A stretch of 64,000 nucleotides of DNA from Flavobacteriaceae bacterium (GTDB taxonomy: Bacteria > Bacteroidota > Bacteroidia > Flavobacteriales > Flavobacteriaceae). Shown in pieces: positions 59,492 to 64,000 of the stretch. The notes beneath the pieces were generated by a model. The model was not told the DNA's origin, searched no databases, and worked only from the letters and a program-made list of their open reading frames with translations. The stretch spans positions 17,474-81,473 of the forward strand of contig JAHEKR010000008.1 of the NCBI GenBank assembly GCA_024638225.1. The letters run 5' to 3'. The translations under genes were made by a program, and so were the position numbers. Position 1 is the stretch's first letter; every line of letters starts with the position of its first letter.

Positions 59492-61143
59492 TCCTTACGG
59501 TAAAAGATTGTCTCAAATGTAGTGTTGTTCCCAGCTTTATCCCAAACAATCAGCTTTAATTTATGTTTGACTTTTCTTAATTTTATTGGATCTCTAAACC
59601 TAAATGTTAGTTGGTTTTTTTTCTGTTCGTATTCGAAAAGAATCCACTTTCCGTTGAGATATCCTTCATAGCGATCTATTCCTGTTTGCTTGTCTTCGAT
59701 TGTAAACCGTATGTCTTTTTCTAAAGAGATCCATCTGTCTCCTATATTTTTTTGGTCCATAATGGTGGGCGGAATGGTGTCTTGGCAAATGGCAAATACA
59801 CCGCCATAACTAAGACGCGCAATAAAGTTTCCTTTTGGATTTCTTTTTGTAACAAAGGACCATCCATTGTTTCCTTTTCTTCCCAAGTACTCACCTTTTA
59901 TTTTATTTTTTTTGGAAAACTTTAGTGTATATGGTTTTTTGAAATACGCATGCGGATTATATACAGAAATGGAATCCTGATAGGAGTCTATTTTCAGGGC
60001 AGTGGGCAAACTAAAGGTCTTTGCGTCAAAATAAAGTTGCGCATTATTAAATTCAAATAAATAGTCTCGATCTGGATATATTATTTTTCCAGCGATTTCG
60101 TTATTTTTTGCAATCCATACGTCTTCTTTTTTGCCCACAATGGGTATGATTACAGTGCTGCTGTTTCCAGCCACATCACGTATATTGATTTTTAATGTAT
60201 ACCGCTTTCCTTCAGCCACATCAACAAAACCTTTATTGGAGTACTCAACAAAAGAGATGGGATCGTCAAAGGGGTCAAACAAGCGCATGATTTTCTTTTT
60301 ATTGTCCACGTAATAAGGATAGTCCACAAGCTTGTGCATCTGTGCAGTGTCATCAAACAAGAGTGTATCAAAAGTAATGTGAAACAAAGGCATCCCGTCT
60401 AGCTTACTGCTAATTTCATAAGCTCCATTTTTGTTGTAGGCGCCATCTTGACGATCAAAATGTTCAATTCCAAACCCAATTTTTCCAAATGCATAAACCG
60501 TGTCTGCTATCCATAGGCTGTCGTTTTTCGGCGCAATTGGCAGTTGAATTTTATCTTCAGACCGATTAATAACGCCATCGATAGCATAACCCATGAGTTG
60601 TTGAATTATTGGACTTTGGGTGTCTGCTACAGCAATACCATTGCCTAATGGATTGATGGGGATTTGATTTGCGCTATCGCGTAGTTCAAAATGTAAATGA
60701 GGACCAAAAGAAGACCCCGTGTTTCCAGAATACCCGATGATTTCCCCTTTTTTGACTTGTATTTGGTCAGGTTCAAGATAAAACGAGACGGTGTATTTTT
60801 TTTGTTCGTATTGTTTCTTTCGAACCAATGGAATGATTTGATCTCCGTAACGTTGAAGATGAGCATAAACGCTGGTTGTTCCATTTGGGTGATTGATGTA
60901 AACGGCTTTTCCATAACCACCCTGTTGAATTTTTATTCGCGATACATACCCATCGGCTACAGCTCGCAGTATCAAACCTTCTTTTTGTTGGGTTTTAATG
61001 TCTATTCCAGCGTGGAAATGTGTTCCGCGTAATTCAGCAAATGTTCCGGAAAGCTGAATAGGTATGTCTACAGGGGATTGATAGTTTTGCCCTTTTGCGT
61101 GCAGACTTACAAAAAGAATGAAAATCGTGGTTAAGCGGTTCAT
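59488..61143 (-). CDS. M23 family metallopeptidase with a long C-terminal extension
   Basis: Zinc-site motifs HFHAGIDI and GNTGSSFGPHLHFE. Signal peptide from the ATG at 61143 (MNRLTTIFILFVSLHAKGQ). About 350 aa lie C-terminal to the catalytic domain. The stop overlaps the receptor start (ATGA). Confidence 0.85.
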   Translation of the reverse strand: MNRLTTIFILFVSLHAKGQNYQSPVDIPIQLSGTFAELRGTHFHAGIDIKTQQKEGLILRAVADGYVSRIKIQQGGYGKAVYINHPNGTTSVYAHLQRYGDQIIPLVRKKQYEQKKYTVSFYLEPDQIQVKKGEIIGYSGNTGSSFGPHLHFELRDSANQIPINPLGNGIAVADTQSPIIQQLMGYAIDGVINRSEDKIQLPIAPKNDSLWIADTVYAFGKIGFGIEHFDRQDGAYNKNGAYEISSKLDGMPLFHITFDTLLFDDTAQMHKLVDYPYYVDNKKKIMRLFDPFDDPISFVEYSNKGFVDVAEGKRYTLKINIRDVAGNSSTVIIPIVGKKEDVWIAKNNEIAGKIIYPDRDYLFEFNNAQLYFDAKTFSLPTALKIDSYQDSISVYNPHAYFKKPYTLKFSKKNKIKGEYLGRKGNNGWSFVTKRNPKGNFIARLSYGGVFAICQDTIPPTIMDQKNIGDRWISLEKDIRFTIEDKQTGIDRYEGYLNGKWILFEYEQKKNQLTFRFRDPIKLRKVKHKLKLIVWDKAGNNTTFETIFYRKE

Positions 61144-61237
61144 TACTTCAAAGGTACAGCAATCTTCGCTAAACCTAAGCCCCAAATACTTGTAAGTTCT
61201 GACAAGCTTAGGTACATTTGAAGGGAATATCGTATTG

Positions 61238-61540
61238 ATGGAATCGCCAACAGTTCAGCTTTTAACAAAATTAGAACAGCAGCTTCATGCGCTGGTAGAC
61301 CGCGTAAATCAGCTCAGTGTAGCCAATCAATCGCTGCAAAAATCCTTGACAGAAGCCAATGAAAAGCTGGAAAAGAAGCATCAGTCTATGCGAAACTGGC
61401 AAGAAAAATACGATGCACTAAAGGCAGCTCAAGGAATAAATACAGCCGACACAACGGCTCGAAAAAAGGCACTTCATCACATTGATGTACTTATTCGTGA
61501 GGTAGATGCTTGTATTACGCAACTCGAAATTAAAGAATAA
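61238..61540 (+). CDS. Small coiled-coil protein (100 aa), translationally coupled to zapA
   Basis: Heptad-rich sequence LLTKLEQQLHALVDRVNQLSVANQSLQKSLTEANEKLEKKHQSMRNWQEKYDALK. The stop overlaps the zapA start (TAATG). A -7 box tacatttg lies at 61213-61220. Confidence 0.6.
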   Translation: MESPTVQLLTKLEQQLHALVDRVNQLSVANQSLQKSLTEANEKLEKKHQSMRNWQEKYDALKAAQGINTADTTARKKALHHIDVLIREVDACITQLEIKE

Positions 61541-61824
61541 TGCAAAAAATTAAGCTTACCATAGCCGACAGAGTGTACCCGCTCAACGTTCCAGAAGGAG
61601 AAGAAGCTATTTTACGAGAAGCTGCAAAAAGTATTAATGCTATGGTCGAGCATTTCGAAAAAAACTACGCAGTAAAAGACAAACAAGATGTTTTGGCTAT
61701 GTGTGCTTTGCAAGTTGCTGTTCAAGCCTCTAAAGAAAGTAGTGGAACCGCAAAAGACAGTGCTGAGATTCAGAAAAAAGTATTACTTTTATCTAAGTAT
61801 TTGGCAGAGCAATTGGCTCGCTAA
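61540..61824 (+). CDS. zapA: Cell division protein ZapA
   Basis: 94 aa. IKLTIADRVYPLNVPEGEEAILREAAKSINAMV matches the ZapA pattern (I.G..Y.+.....EE.+..AA..+N). Confidence 0.8.
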   Translation: MQKIKLTIADRVYPLNVPEGEEAILREAAKSINAMVEHFEKNYAVKDKQDVLAMCALQVAVQASKESSGTAKDSAEIQKKVLLLSKYLAEQLAR

Positions 61825-61827
61825 ATC

Positions 61828-62000
61828 ATAAAAACCTACCTGCACAGGTACATTTTTTGATAAACTCAACGCTAATTTAATTCGAAGAGGTGAGTTTTGG
61901 ATGCAAAAGCAAGCCGCTAACCAGGATCCTTGAACATTCAGTTAGCCTCAAACCTGTTTTTTTTCGAGTTTATGCAAAACTTACCTAGGTAGGTTTTTTT
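61828..62000 (+). ncRNA. Candidate structured RNA (6S-like), ends approximate
   Basis: A 180-nt ORF-free gap. The 5' arm 61830-61867 and 3' arm 61966-61998 form an interrupted helix of about 30 bp around a ~98-nt core, ending in T7 (61994-62000). It lies directly downstream of zapA, as ssrS does in E. coli. Strand is inferred from the T tract and co-orientation with zapA. Confidence 0.45.
61976..62000. terminator. Bidirectional terminator hairpin between the RNA candidate and the convergent membrane-protein gene
   Basis: Stem aaaacttac (61976-61984) / gtaggtttt (61989-61997) with one G-U and loop ctag. T7 follows on the + strand. On the minus strand the A-run side gives ttttg after the hairpin. 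The minus-strand gene stops at 62005. Confidence 0.55.
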
Positions 62001-62004
62001 ATGC

Positions 62005-62895
62005 CTAGTAATTAGTCGGGAGTTTGTTTTGTTCAAATAACTTGTGAATCCATAGAATAACCACACCAAAGCCAACAGCTGCTATAATCAACAGTACATT
62101 TTGTAGTCCGGTAACACTGAAAGAAAGTTTTACCAATATAGTTGATATTACAAATCCAGAGTTGCGTATCACTTTGTTGAATTTATCTGTATGCGCAAAG
62201 GAGAAAAGCACCAGTAGCACATCAACTAAGATAAGTACGGTGAAAAAGTCGTCGAAAAAGACAGAGTTTACATCCAGACCACTAACCAAGCCTTGACTAA
62301 ACTCCGACACCTGAACACCCCATTTGTACACATTAAAAAAAGCAATAATCAAAAAGGTAGGAACCAAGAGTACTGCAATAGCTTTTTTGAGTTTTATAAA
62401 GCGAATGAGCTCAGGTTTCGTTTCGGTCAGCTTTAATAGTTTTCGGACACGAAATTTATTCATACGATAGAAAAAGTGAATGAGTAAAAAGAGAATGACT
62501 GTAGCGCCTATATCGTACACAAACTGAAGATTCTCTGAGCTTTCAAACCAATTCCCATCTAAAGAAATGTTTGACAGGTCTTTGTAGAGGCGGCGAATCA
62601 CAATTAACATGATAATTTCATATTGTTTGCCAATATAAATAGTCATGGATTTCGGTAGGTAGTAAATTAAAAGATATACCTCGTAAACAAGGATAAATGA
62701 GAAGGGCGTATAAATGGCTGAAATGGGATTGGTAAACATATCCCCAGAAATCCCATTTCCTAAAAGATTTAAATCGTTAAGGGCAATGACTGCTAGGTGT
62801 AGAATAAAGCTTATAATAGCAATATTAATGATGATTTTTTCACTTAACTTTTTGGTTTTTTCATCCAATAGTTTAGCATATAGAAGCTCGAACAT
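62005..62895 (-). CDS. Hypothetical polytopic membrane protein
   Basis: 296 aa with about 7-8 hydrophobic segments. I recognise no family motif. Confidence 0.5.
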   Translation of the reverse strand: MFELLYAKLLDEKTKKLSEKIIINIAIISFILHLAVIALNDLNLLGNGISGDMFTNPISAIYTPFSFILVYEVYLLIYYLPKSMTIYIGKQYEIIMLIVIRRLYKDLSNISLDGNWFESSENLQFVYDIGATVILFLLIHFFYRMNKFRVRKLLKLTETKPELIRFIKLKKAIAVLLVPTFLIIAFFNVYKWGVQVSEFSQGLVSGLDVNSVFFDDFFTVLILVDVLLVLFSFAHTDKFNKVIRNSGFVISTILVKLSFSVTGLQNVLLIIAAVGFGVVILWIHKLFEQNKLPTNY

Positions 62896-62995
62896 TTAGT
62901 TAAATTTTTTAGTAATATAAATAAATTCTACGGAATCTCATTTTTCTTGTTGTTTTAGAACAAGAGATTATATCTTTGACACAATACTTTTTTTT

Positions 62996-63478
62996 ATGAG
63001 CCAATTCAACGAAATTAAATTACATATTGAATCGAAAGGTTTTACTGTTGTCACTTATGATTTTGATCGACCATGGGGAGGATTTTTAGTTATTGACGAA
63101 GCTCAAGCTCAAGAATTTGCAAACTATTTTTTTTCGGGCCTAGACGTAGATTCCCTTCGCATTGGTGGAAAACTAAGCCCTAAGATTTTGATTGTTTCAC
63201 CTCATGTTCGCCTGTCTTGGCAATACCACCACCGTCGTGCAGAAATTTGGCGTGTTTACAAAGGTACTGCTGGAATTATCCGATCAGAAACAGATGCTCA
63301 GCAGGAGGTTGAGGTATTGCAAACGGGAGATCAAGTTCGGCTTAAGCAAGGTGAACGCCACCGTTTGGTAGGTTTGGTAGATCAGGCCTTTGTTGCTGAG
63401 ATATGGCAGCATACAGACCCTGAACATCCATCTGATGAGGATGATATTGTTCGTGTTTCTGACGATTTTGGACGATAA
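62996..63478 (+). CDS. Cupin-domain protein (phosphomannose isomerase type II C-terminal cupin-like)
   Basis: RPWGGFLVIDE..., LSWQYHHRRAEIWRV and GERHRL match cupin motifs 1 and 2. 160 aa. A -7 box tatctttg lies at 62971-62978. Confidence 0.6.
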   Translation: MSQFNEIKLHIESKGFTVVTYDFDRPWGGFLVIDEAQAQEFANYFFSGLDVDSLRIGGKLSPKILIVSPHVRLSWQYHHRRAEIWRVYKGTAGIIRSETDAQQEVEVLQTGDQVRLKQGERHRLVGLVDQAFVAEIWQHTDPEHPSDEDDIVRVSDDFGR

Positions 63479-63480
63479 TT

Positions 63481-63987
63481 ATGTGTGGTAAAGAGCAGCT
63501 AAGCCCAAGTCTTGATCAATTGCAAAAGTGTATTGCGCAACTTTCTGACGCTACACTTTCAGCCCCAATTAACCAGAAATGGACAACATTACAACACCTG
63601 TACCACTGTTGGATGGTCGAACGAGGTGTCTTGGCCTATATCAAGCTCAAAACTCAGGACCCCAGTGCTTTGGTTCCTGTTCAGTTCAAGACCCGATTTA
63701 AGTTTTATTTGTTTTTTGTGCTGTTGCGATTGGGTTGGCTTCGTGTACAGGCTCCTCAAGTTGTTCAGGAATTTCCTGAGGAAATGAATCGCAATGATTT
63801 ATTTGAACGTTGGAAAAACACACGCGAAGAATGGCAGTTGCTTTTGACAAACTTGCCCGATGAAATAGCAAGTAAAGGCATATTTAAGCACGTGTATATT
63901 GGTCGTCTGAACAAAGGTCTTGCACTTTCCTTTTTAACCCAGCATTTGGCATATCACTTACGCTTGTGCGCGTTAAAGACCAATTAA
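63481..63987 (+). CDS. DinB-family-like four-helix-bundle protein
   Basis: 168 aa. His-containing helices (LQHLYHCWMVE, LTQHLAYHLRL) are reminiscent of the DinB/DinB_2 metal triad. The assignment is weak. Confidence 0.4.
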   Translation: MCGKEQLSPSLDQLQKCIAQLSDATLSAPINQKWTTLQHLYHCWMVERGVLAYIKLKTQDPSALVPVQFKTRFKFYLFFVLLRLGWLRVQAPQVVQEFPEEMNRNDLFERWKNTREEWQLLLTNLPDEIASKGIFKHVYIGRLNKGLALSFLTQHLAYHLRLCALKTN

Positions 63988-64000
63988 ATACCCCACTGAA

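Overview
This 64-kb window is a compact, gene-dense chromosomal core region, and I found no clearly novel multi-gene system in it. I assign it to Bacteroidota, probably Flavobacteriia-like. The evidence is recurrent TAnnTTTG '-7' promoter boxes, bshC, a DUF4295 gene after rpmB-rpmG, a TonB-dependent receptor with a CarboxypepD_reg N-terminus, and tandem DUF368 genes.

I support about 58 protein-coding genes, almost all housekeeping:
- htpG, fabH, recR, rpmB/rpmG, ftsY, rimO, bshC, guaA, pyrG, yidC, mnmA, lysA, sucC, uvrB
- ctaA, cca, tsaC, dapD, ruvX, def, mazG, aroE, purA, fur, relA/spoT, rocD, zapA

Many adjacent genes overlap by 1-17 nt, including ATGA and TAATG junctions. I saw no rRNA, tRNA, CRISPR array, transposase, integrase or obvious defence island.

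The ORF track uses the most upstream ATG/GTG/TTG, so I moved several starts downstream. I also added two genes the track misses: a partial AlkB-like gene at the left edge and a 50-aa DUF4295 ORF.

The most interesting items are small or non-coding:
1. An ORF-free, rod-forming element of about 175 nt directly downstream of zapA, which is a 6S-like RNA candidate.
2. An orphan LytTR response regulator whose complete receiver domain has no ATG/GTG/TTG start codon. A perfect 20-bp palindrome lies just upstream of it.
3. An orphan promoter and strong terminator that bracket about 135 nt between htpG and fabH.
4. An uncharacterised 354-aa protein with protein-kinase-like motifs.
5. A sigma54-type -24/-12 element upstream of the hsp20 gene.
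6. A recurring promoter geometry that implies leaderless mRNAs.

All functional calls come from motif and family recognition by eye. No searches were run.
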